Positions 1 through 7,592 of a stretch of DNA of 46,068 nucleotides are shown here, piece after piece. The notes beneath the pieces are model-generated. The model worked only from the letters and a program-made list of their open reading frames with translations. It was not told the origin of the DNA and ran no database searches. Source of the stretch: a virus; the IMG/VR virus record IMGVR_UViG_3300045988_011650; one strand, written 5' to 3'. The translations under genes were made by a program, and so were the position numbers. The first letter of the stretch is position 1, and each line of letters starts with the position of its first letter.

Positions 1-99
1 ATTTTTTTTGCATTTGTTCCATATCCGTTCCGCTTAAAATCCTTGTGGGGTGTGGCTTTGAGAGAATGGAACACTTGGAACGGATATTATATTACTTCA
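1..99 (+). repeat. Terminal direct repeat, left copy (identical to 45970-46068)
   Basis: attttttttgcatttgttccatatccgttccgc...ggatattatattacttca read identically at both window ends. Confidence 0.95.
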
Positions 100-230
100 A
101 AGAGTAGATAAAAAAATATAAAAGAAAAAGAGTATATAGAGAACCGGCGCTTTATCTGTTCCACCTGTTCCAAAGCCTTGATTTTCCTGTGTTTTCAGGG
201 ATTGGGCGGCGGAACGGATGTGGACAGATC
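12..230. promoter_or_regulatory. Iteron-rich non-coding module A (GTTCC/GGAAC-core 9-mers around an A/T-rich core), diverged copy of module B
   Basis: ATTTGTTCC 12-20, ATCCGTTCC 23-31, GGAACACTT 68-76, GGAACGGAT 77-85, ATCTGTTCC 154-162, GTTCC 167-171, GGAACGGAT 211-219, GGACAGAT 222-229; A/T-rich 100-140. Confidence 0.6.
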
Positions 231-774
231 AACCTTCGTCAAATACAGAGCCATAGGAAATCTTGGTCATGGTGATTTCGCTATCATTATATTCCAACCA
301 CAAATCATTCACACCGCAATAGAAGGCCCGATAATACGAACCGGTATCATTGATATTGGTGTTGGAATATTTCTTCAAATTAAACATTGGAAGAAAATCA
401 TCCTTGCTGGAATAGGAAAATTTATCGTACAAAGTAACCCGCTGAAGGTTGTCATTGTTGAAGCTATATTCATTATTCCCATAGTACAAAGTACGAATGG
501 GAAAGGTTTTTCCGCTGGCCGTGGTATAGTTCCAATCTTCGGTTCTATCAGGTTCACCCAACTGTTCAATAAGTTCGGTTTCACTAATGTTTTTCTTGTC
601 CTTCACTTCATATTGAAGTGCGTCAAAGACTACCGGAACAGTTTCCTTATTTGTGCTTCCGGGATTGTTTGTCATTTGGCTGACCCCAACCCCAATGCCA
701 ACGGCAAGAGCGACTACAACAATCAAGACGGGGATTAGGCAACCCTTCTTTTTCATAACAACCATTCCTTTCAT
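229..774 (-). CDS. Membrane-anchored hypothetical protein (lysogeny-module moron, possible superinfection-exclusion role)
   Basis: N-terminal MKKKGCLIPVLIVVVALAVGIGVGV anchor then a hydrophilic Asn/Tyr-rich domain; the ATG abuts the repressor stop (alternative start at 756 after AAAGGA); visibly more AT-rich than its neighbours. Confidence 0.7.
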   Translation of the reverse strand: MKGMVVMKKKGCLIPVLIVVVALAVGIGVGVSQMTNNPGSTNKETVPVVFDALQYEVKDKKNISETELIEQLGEPDRTEDWNYTTASGKTFPIRTLYYGNNEYSFNNDNLQRVTLYDKFSYSSKDDFLPMFNLKKYSNTNINDTGSYYRAFYCGVNDLWLEYNDSEITMTKISYGSVFDEG

Positions 775-1461
775 TTATCTTACATCACTTTGGAAGGCCA
801 CGGCCTTACCAAGAATGATGATATGATCCAACTGTTCCCCGGTATAAACCAAATCTTCATAGTTAGAGTTTTCAGCCTTCAGGATCAATAGATTTTTTTC
901 GGGATAGTAATTCACCCGCTTTAGGGTTGCTTCATCATCAATGATAACAGCGGCAATTTCGCCATTGTTCACCATTTCCTGTTTTCTGATGAACACAATA
1001 TCCCCGTCATAGATTCTGGCCCCGATCATGGAATCACCCTTGGCCTTCAAGCAGAAATCAGCATGAATGTTGGTACCAGCTTCCACATACAGTTCCTTTT
1101 CTTCGTTTGCCATGATGGGTTTACCGCAAGCAATGTCACCGAGCAGGGGAAAACGCTTTGTAGAGATTGGGATGATGTTATCAAACTTCATTTGTGGCTG
1201 TGAAGGTTCAACCACCACAGATTTATTGATACTTTTCAACCAATCATTCCGGTTCGGAATGTCTGATCTTCCCATGAGGTAATCCAAATCAACATTGAAA
1301 TAGTCAGCAATGGTTTCCATTGATTCAAGGCCCGGTTCCCGTTCGCCCCGTTCATACATATTTACACTACTTTTGGAAAACCCGAGCTGATCCGCCAAGT
1401 TCTGTTGAGATAGGCGGCGTTCGGTTCGTAACTGTTTGAACCGATCAGAAAACTTCGGCAT
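775..1461 (-). CDS. CI/LexA-like repressor (XRE HTH plus S24 peptidase domain)
   Basis: Start moved to MPKFSDRFKQLRTERRLSQQNLADQLGFSKSSVNMYERGEREP (RBS AAAGGGG). C-terminal GDSMIGARIYDGDIVFIRKQ...ATLKRV is typical of S24 self-cleaving repressors. Confidence 0.9.
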   Translation of the reverse strand: MPKFSDRFKQLRTERRLSQQNLADQLGFSKSSVNMYERGEREPGLESMETIADYFNVDLDYLMGRSDIPNRNDWLKSINKSVVVEPSQPQMKFDNIIPISTKRFPLLGDIACGKPIMANEEKELYVEAGTNIHADFCLKAKGDSMIGARIYDGDIVFIRKQEMVNNGEIAAVIIDDEATLKRVNYYPEKNLLILKAENSNYEDLVYTGEQLDHIIILGKAVAFQSDVR

Positions 1462-1662
1462 AAGTGCACCCCTTTCAGAAGTCTTTCTATATTCCATTAT
1501 ACACATTATGTGCACAAAGGCAATCCGTCGATGTGCACAATTAGTAACACATTTCTTTGTGCACAATTTGTGCTTGAATAGCCTTGACATTGAGCACATA
1601 TCGTGTATAATGATAATCAGACGAGCACAAAAGGTGCACAACCTGAAAGGGGTACATGAGAT
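1462..1662. promoter_or_regulatory. Divergent lysis/lysogeny switch: operators plus two facing promoters
   Basis: GTGCAC cores at 1464, 1510, 1533, 1559 and 1634; perfect 10-bp palindrome TTGTGCACAA at 1557-1566. Plus-strand TTGACA 1584-1589 and TATAAT 1606-1611 (16-nt spacer). Minus-strand TATAAT (plus coordinates 1496-1501) with TTGCCT (1518-1523). Confidence 0.75.
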
Positions 1663-1902
1663 ATGAGCAAGTATTATGAAGTTTGTTTTTATACAAAGAA
1701 GGGCGGGGAAAAAAGCTGGATAATCCATGTTGAAGCAAAAACCGCCAAAGAAGCCAAAGAAATTGCAATTCATAAATGGGCTTGTGACAGGCGCTTCAGC
1801 GGTATGCACCAATTTGGGATCAAGGTTCGCCTTCTTAAAGCTGATGAAGAATTTCGTTGGCATTACTTCGCACTGATCGGAGAAGGATGTTTCAATTCTT
1901 AA
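1663..1902 (+). CDS. Hypothetical protein, first gene of the early rightward operon
   Basis: ATG preceded by AAAGGGG; 79 aa; no recognisable motif. Confidence 0.55.
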   Translation: MSKYYEVCFYTKKGGEKSWIIHVEAKTAKEAKEIAIHKWACDRRFSGMHQFGIKVRLLKADEEFRWHYFALIGEGCFNS

Positions 1903-2101
1903 AGCCGAAACGGGCCTTCAGGCCCGTCCACCGGAACCGCCCCACCGGTGCTGATGATGGCAGGGCAACAGCGACAACATGAGCGTTCCCGTTTATGGTT
2001 TCGGGTATTGGGTATCAATCCCCATGTAAAAGATATGACCGCCCGGAAATTGCTTGTTCGGAACTTGGCTGTTTTACTTCTGAAGAAAGGATGTGCAACG
2101 A

Positions 2102-2290
2102 ATGAGTGTCGGAAAGAAACTTCGGGAACTGCGAGGGAGCAGAACCCAAGACGAAATTTCCAAGGAACTTGGAATTACCAAATCTTCTTACGCTATGTAT
2201 GAGCGTGACGAACGGGTTCCCCGTGATGAAGTGAAGGTTCGCATTTCCAATTTCTTTGGTGTTTCCGTCCAGGAACTTTTTTTTAACTAA
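2102..2290 (+). CDS. XRE-family HTH regulator (Cro-like position)
   Basis: MSVGKKLRELRGSRTQDEISKELGITKSSYAMYERDERVP; ATG at 2102 is better spaced from GAAAGGA than GTG at 2093. Confidence 0.8.
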   Translation: MSVGKKLRELRGSRTQDEISKELGITKSSYAMYERDERVPRDEVKVRISNFFGVSVQELFFN

Positions 2291-2307
2291 ATCGAGCACA
2301 TATAGTG
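2289..2307 (+). promoter_or_regulatory. Conserved 19-mer AAATCGAGCACATATAGTG, copy 1
   Basis: Identical 19-mer at 10970-10988; related GAGCACATATCGTG at 1592-1605; contains a TATAGT -10-like hexamer and a CAC-N5-GTG dyad. Confidence 0.5.
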
Positions 2308-2326
2308 TTCAATAGGAGTAAGCACT

Positions 2327-3343
2327 ATGAATGATCTTCGACACTACGCCGGGGAACTGGAACAGATGCAATCCCTTCCGCTTGAAATCAAAATCCGCAT
2401 GACGAAAATGCGGATTCAGCAATGGGTTTATGCCTTTAGTGGTGAAGCCTATATCAGTTTTTCGGGCGGTAAGGATTCCACGGTTCTGTTAAACATTGCC
2501 CGTGAGGTATTCCCCAATCTTCCCGCCGTGTTCTGTGATACTGGTTTGGAATACCCGGAAATCCGGGAGTTCGTCAAAAGGTTTGAAAATGTGGTTTGGC
2601 TGAAACCACAGATGAACTTCCGTCAGGTGATCCAGAAATACGGTTATCCTTTGATTTCCAAATCAGTTGCAAACACCTTGCGGGGTGGACACGAACCGGG
2701 TTCTTACCGGTGGAAAAAGCTACATGGGGAAGTGTTCCTGAAAAACGGAAAGCCTTCCAAATTCAACTGTGTGAAGTGGCAATTTCTATTAGATGCACCT
2801 TTCAAGGTTTCTGAACAGTGCTGTGATGTGATGAAAAAGCGCCCATTTCACAAGTACCAAAAAGAAACTGGACAAATGCCCATCGTGGCGACAATGGCTG
2901 ATGAATCCATGATGCGAAAAAATTCATGGATGAAATACGGATGCAACGCCTTTGATCGTGCTTCCGGGCCGCAATCCCGCCCAATGTCATTTTGGACGGA
3001 ACGGGATGTTCTGGAATATCTGATTAAGTACGATGTTCCTTATGCGTCTGTTTATGGCGATATTATCGGCTTGATGCCCGATGGAACAATCATTCCTATG
3101 CAGGAACTTCAGAAGATGGCAAAAGAATGTGGAATCCCGGAAGAAGCTGAATTGAAAACAAGCACTTGTGATCGTACCGGTTGTATGTTCTGCGGTTTCG
3201 GATGCCACCTTGAAAAACAGCCTAACCGATTCCAGCGTATGGCCGAAACCCACCCTAAACAGTATCAATTCTGTATGAAGCCATGGAGTGAAGGTGGTTT
3301 GGGGCTGGATGAAGTTTTGAATTATATCCATGTGGATCATTAA
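2327..3343 (+). CDS. PAPS-reductase-like PP-loop ATP pyrophosphatase family protein (DndC/DUF3440-like)
   Basis: SFSGGKDSTV PP-loop motif; C-terminal Cys cluster CDRTGCMFCGFGC. Confidence 0.75.
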   Translation: MNDLRHYAGELEQMQSLPLEIKIRMTKMRIQQWVYAFSGEAYISFSGGKDSTVLLNIAREVFPNLPAVFCDTGLEYPEIREFVKRFENVVWLKPQMNFRQVIQKYGYPLISKSVANTLRGGHEPGSYRWKKLHGEVFLKNGKPSKFNCVKWQFLLDAPFKVSEQCCDVMKKRPFHKYQKETGQMPIVATMADESMMRKNSWMKYGCNAFDRASGPQSRPMSFWTERDVLEYLIKYDVPYASVYGDIIGLMPDGTIIPMQELQKMAKECGIPEEAELKTSTCDRTGCMFCGFGCHLEKQPNRFQRMAETHPKQYQFCMKPWSEGGLGLDEVLNYIHVDH

Positions 3344-3359
3344 GAAAGGAGTATGCACA

Positions 3360-3788
3360 ATGACCACCTTTGCAGAGCGTTTGAAGAACGCTATGGAACA
3401 GGCCAACATGAGCCAATCCGCCCTGTCTGAACAGGCCGGGGCTTCCAAGGCCGCTATCAGCCAATACCTTTCCGGGAAGAACACCCCCGGCCCTGACCGT
3501 ATCAAGGCCCTTGCCGATGCCACCGGCGTTTCCTTTGATTACCTGATGGGTTATGGAGCCGCCCCGGTTGCGGAACCGCCCATCAAGAAGATCAGCGTGA
3601 AGGAAGCCGCCCGGTGCATGGGAAAATCTGATCAGTTCGTCAGAATCGGCCTTCAGCGTGGCCTTCTTCCCTTCGGGAACGCTGTTCCCGGAACCGGCGC
3701 TTGCTGGAATTACTACATCAACCCCACTAAGTTCCGTGATTATGTGGGTGCTGATCAGTTCAATTCCTTCTTCGGCCTGACTGCCTGA
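3360..3788 (+). CDS. Dual-HTH DNA-binding protein (N-terminal XRE HTH, C-terminal excisionase/MerR-like HTH)
   Basis: FAERLKNAMEQANMSQSALSEQAGASKAAISQYLSGKN, then ISVKEAARCMGKSDQFVRIGLQRGLLPFG; ATG at 3360 after AAAGGAG. Confidence 0.7.
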   Translation: MTTFAERLKNAMEQANMSQSALSEQAGASKAAISQYLSGKNTPGPDRIKALADATGVSFDYLMGYGAAPVAEPPIKKISVKEAARCMGKSDQFVRIGLQRGLLPFGNAVPGTGACWNYYINPTKFRDYVGADQFNSFFGLTA

Positions 3789-3808
3789 CGGATTGGGGGG
3801 GGGGATGT

Positions 3809-4201
3809 GTGAAACCGGAAAGAAACGAGGTGGGCGGCGGATTACGGTTGCCAAAATCCTTTTATGAACGCCCCCTTACCCCTAAAGAAGCCCAATTTGC
3901 CACGGACAACATCAACATTGTTTGGTGGTATTTAGACAAGCAGGGCCTTAACAGATCGGAATGGTTTGATGTGGTGATTTTCCGCTATTTGCTTGCTGTG
4001 AAACGCTGGTTTGCCCTTCCTGATCTGCAAAGGGTGAAATTCGTCACCGTGGCCTGTCAAGCTATGCGGTCAGCCATAGGGCATGAGCGGGAAAAACGGG
4101 CCAAAGAACCCCAAACCGTTAGCCTGTATGATGTGATCCCCGGAACGGATGATCTGTGTTACATAGACACGATCCCGGCCACCGGAACTGAAATTTTATG
4201 A
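3809..4201 (+). CDS. Hypothetical protein, weakly sigma-70 region-2-like
   Basis: NINIVWWYLDKQGL...FDVVIFRYLLAVKRW...VACQAMRSAIGHE pattern; GTG start behind a G10 run. Confidence 0.35.
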   Translation: MKPERNEVGGGLRLPKSFYERPLTPKEAQFATDNINIVWWYLDKQGLNRSEWFDVVIFRYLLAVKRWFALPDLQRVKFVTVACQAMRSAIGHEREKRAKEPQTVSLYDVIPGTDDLCYIDTIPATGTEIL

Positions 4202-4214
4202 AGAAGGTGATTTT

Positions 4215-4487
4215 TTGGAAATCAAATACAATGTTCAGGCCCCGCCCAAGAACCAGTTTCACGGTGGGAGCAAAAGCGAGGAAGTCAAAGCCATTGAAGA
4301 TTTCCTGACCAGCGGAAACGCAAAGAATATGTGTTTCCAGTATGAAAGCGCCAAGGCCGCAAAAACCAAACTTTCCACCATTTCCAGCCACCTGCGCAAG
4401 TACAACGAGAAGAACCCGAAAGGGTATGACGCATACCGGGTGGACAACTGCATTTACATTGTTCGCCTGACCGGAAAGAAAGGATGA
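4215..4487 (+). CDS. Hypothetical protein
   Basis: 90-aa ORF, TTG start after GAAGGTGA, packed in the same-strand array. Confidence 0.45.
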   Translation: MEIKYNVQAPPKNQFHGGSKSEEVKAIEDFLTSGNAKNMCFQYESAKAAKTKLSTISSHLRKYNEKNPKGYDAYRVDNCIYIVRLTGKKG

Positions 4488-4861
4488 TGAACATGAAAAC
4501 CAGATTTGATGGAACCTTGTGGATCGGAGCCGGTGGACAGGCTTTCCGCCCCGCAGAAATGGGAACCGATCACCTGTTGAACACGGTGAAGATGCTGAAG
4601 AACCGCCCCGGCGTGGTGATAGCTATGGTGGTTCGTGACATTGAAGCCACCCCTGACTGTTGCCCTTTTGATCCCTTCGGTGGCGGTCATTCCGAGTTGG
4701 TGAAACAGTCCTTGTTCAACATCACTTCCCTTTCCCCGGAACAGGTGAGTGATTACGCCTTGAACAGCCCCTTGGGAATGGCTATGAAGGCCGAACTTCT
4801 TTCCCGTGGTGTGAATGTGGAAAATTACCTTTCCATGATTGAAGGGCCTGAAACCCTATGA
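4484..4861 (+). CDS. Hypothetical protein
   Basis: 125-aa ORF with ATGA-type overlaps to both neighbours. Confidence 0.55.
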   Translation: MMNMKTRFDGTLWIGAGGQAFRPAEMGTDHLLNTVKMLKNRPGVVIAMVVRDIEATPDCCPFDPFGGGHSELVKQSLFNITSLSPEQVSDYALNSPLGMAMKAELLSRGVNVENYLSMIEGPETL

Positions 4862-6216
4862 TCACGCTGTTTCAGCACCAGCAACAGGCCCTTGATGAAA
4901 CCGAGGGGAAGAACCGGGTGGCCTATTACCTTGATATGGGCCTTGGGAAAACTTTTGTTGGTTCCGAAAAAATGATGACGCTGAACAAGCGGATCAATCT
5001 GGTGGTGTGCCAATGTTCAAAAGTTCAAGACTGGATTGAACATTTTCAAGACCACTACACCCGGAATTGTGTGTTCGACCTGACCAACCCCAAAACCTTC
5101 AAATGGTTCTTTGAACAGGTTCAGCATGAAGTCCCAACCCTGATGATTGGCGTGATCAACTACGAACTGACATTCAGGCGGAATGTGCTGAAAACCCTGA
5201 CCGGCTTCACGCTGATGTTGGATGAAAGTTCCCTGATCCAGAACGAGAACGCCAAACGGTCAAAGTTCATTCTTGGGCTGAAACCGGATAATGTGATCCT
5301 TCTGTCAGGCACCCCCACGGGCGGCAAGTATGAAAACCTGTGGAGCCAATGCCAACTGTTGGGGTGGAAGATTTCAAAGGAACTGTTCTGGAAGCAGTAC
5401 ATTCAAACGGAATGGGTTGAAACCGATGGATTTTGGCGGCAACAGATTACCGGCTATAAGAATGTTGACCGGCTGAAGATGAAGCTGGCCGAACATGGGG
5501 CCGTTTTTATGACTACCGAACAGGCCGGAATCAGCCTTCCAAAACGGAACTGGATCAAGGTCAAAACCCGCCCTTCACCCCTTTATTGGAAGTTCTGGAA
5601 TGATCGCTATATTGCGATTGACAGCGCCAACCTTGGTGAATTTGAACTGGATGCGGATTTCTACGGTTCCAATGCCCATTGTGAACGGGAATTGATCGGT
5701 GATACCAGTTTGACCCGCCGCCTTTACGCCCGTCAGCTTTGCGGCCTATATAACCCGGCCCGTTATGAAGCCTTCCGGGATTTGGTGAACAGCACAGAAG
5801 ATCGCTTGATTGTGTTCTATAACTTCACTGAAGAAATGAAACGCCTGAAGGGGATTGCCAAGGGCCTGAACCGGCCTGTGTCTGTTCTTTCCGGTGAAGA
5901 AAAGAACTTGGATGCTTACCACTACCAGCACAACAGCATTACCTTCATTCAGTATCAGGCCGGTGCAATGGGCGGCAACTTTCAGCTTGCCAACAAAATC
6001 ATTTACTTCAGCCTTCCCCAAGGTTCGGAATTGTGGGAGCAATCCCAAAAGCGTATTCACCGCCTTGGGCAAGAACGGCCCTGTTTCTATTACCTGATGA
6101 TCTGTCCGGGAACGGTTGAAGAAGATATTCTTTCCACTTTGGAAATGAGAAAGGACTATACCGATGAACTATTCAGAAAGTATGAGCAAGCGGCAACGGC
6201 GCCGCAAAGCCCTTAA
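4858..6216 (+). CDS. SNF2-family DNA helicase
   Basis: LDMGLGKT (motif I), LMLDESSLIQN (DExx), LLSGTP, C-terminal QAGAMGGNFQ...QSQKRIHRLGQ. Confidence 0.9.
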   Translation: MITLFQHQQQALDETEGKNRVAYYLDMGLGKTFVGSEKMMTLNKRINLVVCQCSKVQDWIEHFQDHYTRNCVFDLTNPKTFKWFFEQVQHEVPTLMIGVINYELTFRRNVLKTLTGFTLMLDESSLIQNENAKRSKFILGLKPDNVILLSGTPTGGKYENLWSQCQLLGWKISKELFWKQYIQTEWVETDGFWRQQITGYKNVDRLKMKLAEHGAVFMTTEQAGISLPKRNWIKVKTRPSPLYWKFWNDRYIAIDSANLGEFELDADFYGSNAHCERELIGDTSLTRRLYARQLCGLYNPARYEAFRDLVNSTEDRLIVFYNFTEEMKRLKGIAKGLNRPVSVLSGEEKNLDAYHYQHNSITFIQYQAGAMGGNFQLANKIIYFSLPQGSELWEQSQKRIHRLGQERPCFYYLMICPGTVEEDILSTLEMRKDYTDELFRKYEQAATAPQSP

Positions 6217-6745
6217 CCAGCGGTTCAGGCGGATGTTCCTTGTGGCCCTTCTGATGGGCCTTGCAATGGGGTTTATATTTGGGCGCTGTTCTGCTGTCAA
6301 CAGCAAGGCCCCGGATGCCCCCATTGAACCGGATCAGCTTACCGCCGTGACCCCGGATGTGACCTTGGAGCCGGTGGAACCCCCGCTGGTGGAAGAACCC
6401 GCCGAACCTGAACCGGTGCTGTTGGGCAGTTTCAGAATTACCGCCTATTGTTCCTGTGAAAAGTGTTGCGGCGAATGGGCCAAGAACCGGCCCAACGGCA
6501 TTGTGTATGGTGCCGCTGGTGTGGAACTGAAAGCCGGTGTTTCCTGTGCTTCCCCGCTTCCCTTGGGAACCGTGGTGGAAGTAGAAGGCTTGGGTGAATA
6601 CATCGTTCAGGATCGCCCCGCCCAATGGGTGATTGACAAATACGGTGAAAACCAGATCGACATTTATTTTGACAACCATGAAGCCGCTTCCGCCTTCGGC
6701 CTGAAGCAGTTGAATGTTTATCTGAAAGGAGAACCCGAAAAATGA
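6164..6745 (+). CDS. 3D-domain (MltA/YuiC-like) protein with N-terminal transmembrane anchor
   Basis: FLVALLMGLAMGFIFG anchor, Pro/Glu linker, then FRITAYCSCEKCCG...GTVVEVEGLGEYIVQDR...IDIYF. Confidence 0.75.
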   Translation: MNYSESMSKRQRRRKALNQRFRRMFLVALLMGLAMGFIFGRCSAVNSKAPDAPIEPDQLTAVTPDVTLEPVEPPLVEEPAEPEPVLLGSFRITAYCSCEKCCGEWAKNRPNGIVYGAAGVELKAGVSCASPLPLGTVVEVEGLGEYIVQDRPAQWVIDKYGENQIDIYFDNHEAASAFGLKQLNVYLKGEPEK

Positions 6746-7188
6746 TCAAATGTGAAAATGCTTGCCCCCGTGGAAAATTTGATGGGTGTTGCCACAAATG
6801 CCCGGATTTCCACACTTGTCCTGATTCCTGTCAGGAAAACCCGAACGCCTGTGGTTCGGCCACCTTCGATGAAGAAACGGCCCTTCAGGAGTTCAAGAAC
6901 ACCCAGCTTGCCACCTTGAACGCCATTGCTTCCCTGACCGCCCACAAGAAGGCCATTGAGGAACAGGAAAAGGAAATGAAGGCCAAGCTGTATGAAGCAA
7001 TGGTGAAGTTTGGCGTGGATAAGTTTGAATCCGATGTTCTGAACCTTACCCTTGTGAAGCCCACCAACGCCACCAGCATTGATTCCACCAAGCTGAAGAA
7101 GAAATACCCGGACATTGCTTCCGAGTGTTCCAAGACCACCGCCAAGGCCGGTTATGTGAAGATCACCCTGAAAGGGGATAAGTCATGA
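6742..7188 (+). CDS. Cys-rich N-terminus plus coiled-coil protein, tentatively Gp157-like
   Basis: 9 Cys in the first ~36 aa (CENACPRGKFDGCCHKCPDFHTCPDSCQENPNAC); C-terminal ...DSTKLKKKYPDIASECSKTTAKAGYVKITL. Confidence 0.35.
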   Translation: MIKCENACPRGKFDGCCHKCPDFHTCPDSCQENPNACGSATFDEETALQEFKNTQLATLNAIASLTAHKKAIEEQEKEMKAKLYEAMVKFGVDKFESDVLNLTLVKPTNATSIDSTKLKKKYPDIASECSKTTAKAGYVKITLKGDKS

Positions 7189-7592
7189 GTTGCCGGGGCT
7201 TTGAACCTGTTTGCACCAATAATGAACTTCGGGAGTATTTCAGCGCCAAGGGCCTGACCTATGACAGCATTGATGAAGGTGATATTTTGATCCTTTACAT
7301 GATGCTTCAGAAGGAATTGAAGAAATCCAATAAGGCTGGTGAAACTTCCGTCACCATGACTTTAAGCAAACGGGTTGACATGAAGAAGGCCACCAACGGC
7401 CACATTACCGAGTGTTACATCTACATGAACGCCCACTATTTCACCCGGCGTGAATGTATCAGCTTCAACCGGGATGGGTGGATTGGCTTTGCTGGATGGG
7501 CCGATGATGGCAACACTAACCCGTTGCGCCGTGCCTTCCTTGCATGGTGTGACTATTTGGCGGAAGGTGGTGGGGCCGATGGCAAGGGATGA
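7185..7592 (+). CDS. Hypothetical protein
   Basis: 135-aa ORF, ATGA overlap with the upstream gene. Confidence 0.55.
   Translation: MSCRGFEPVCTNNELREYFSAKGLTYDSIDEGDILILYMMLQKELKKSNKAGETSVTMTLSKRVDMKKATNGHITECYIYMNAHYFTRRECISFNRDGWIGFAGWADDGNTNPLRRAFLAWCDYLAEGGGADGKG

Noticed and set aside
1-99. The terminal repeats as attL/attR of an integrated prophage
   Set aside because: No host genes are present on either side, the repeat coincides exactly with the window ends, and gene and regulatory elements run continuously across the junction. An assembly overlap of a circular or permuted genome is the simpler explanation.
178-738. 186-aa plus-strand ORF overlapping the membrane-protein gene
   Set aside because: It is antisense to a much more protein-like minus-strand ORF that has an anchor helix, a hydrophilic domain and translational coupling to the repressor. 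Its Ile/Gly-rich sequence looks like a shadow frame and it has no RBS.
1948-2202. 84-aa ORF overlapping the XRE gene start, and the 94-aa minus-strand ORF 2015-2299
   Set aside because: Both overlap the well-supported HTH gene in other frames, and neither has a motif or an RBS. The 1903-2100 gap is more likely leader or regulatory sequence; it contains an ACGGGCC-TTCA-GGCCCGT hairpin at 1910-1927 without a T-run.
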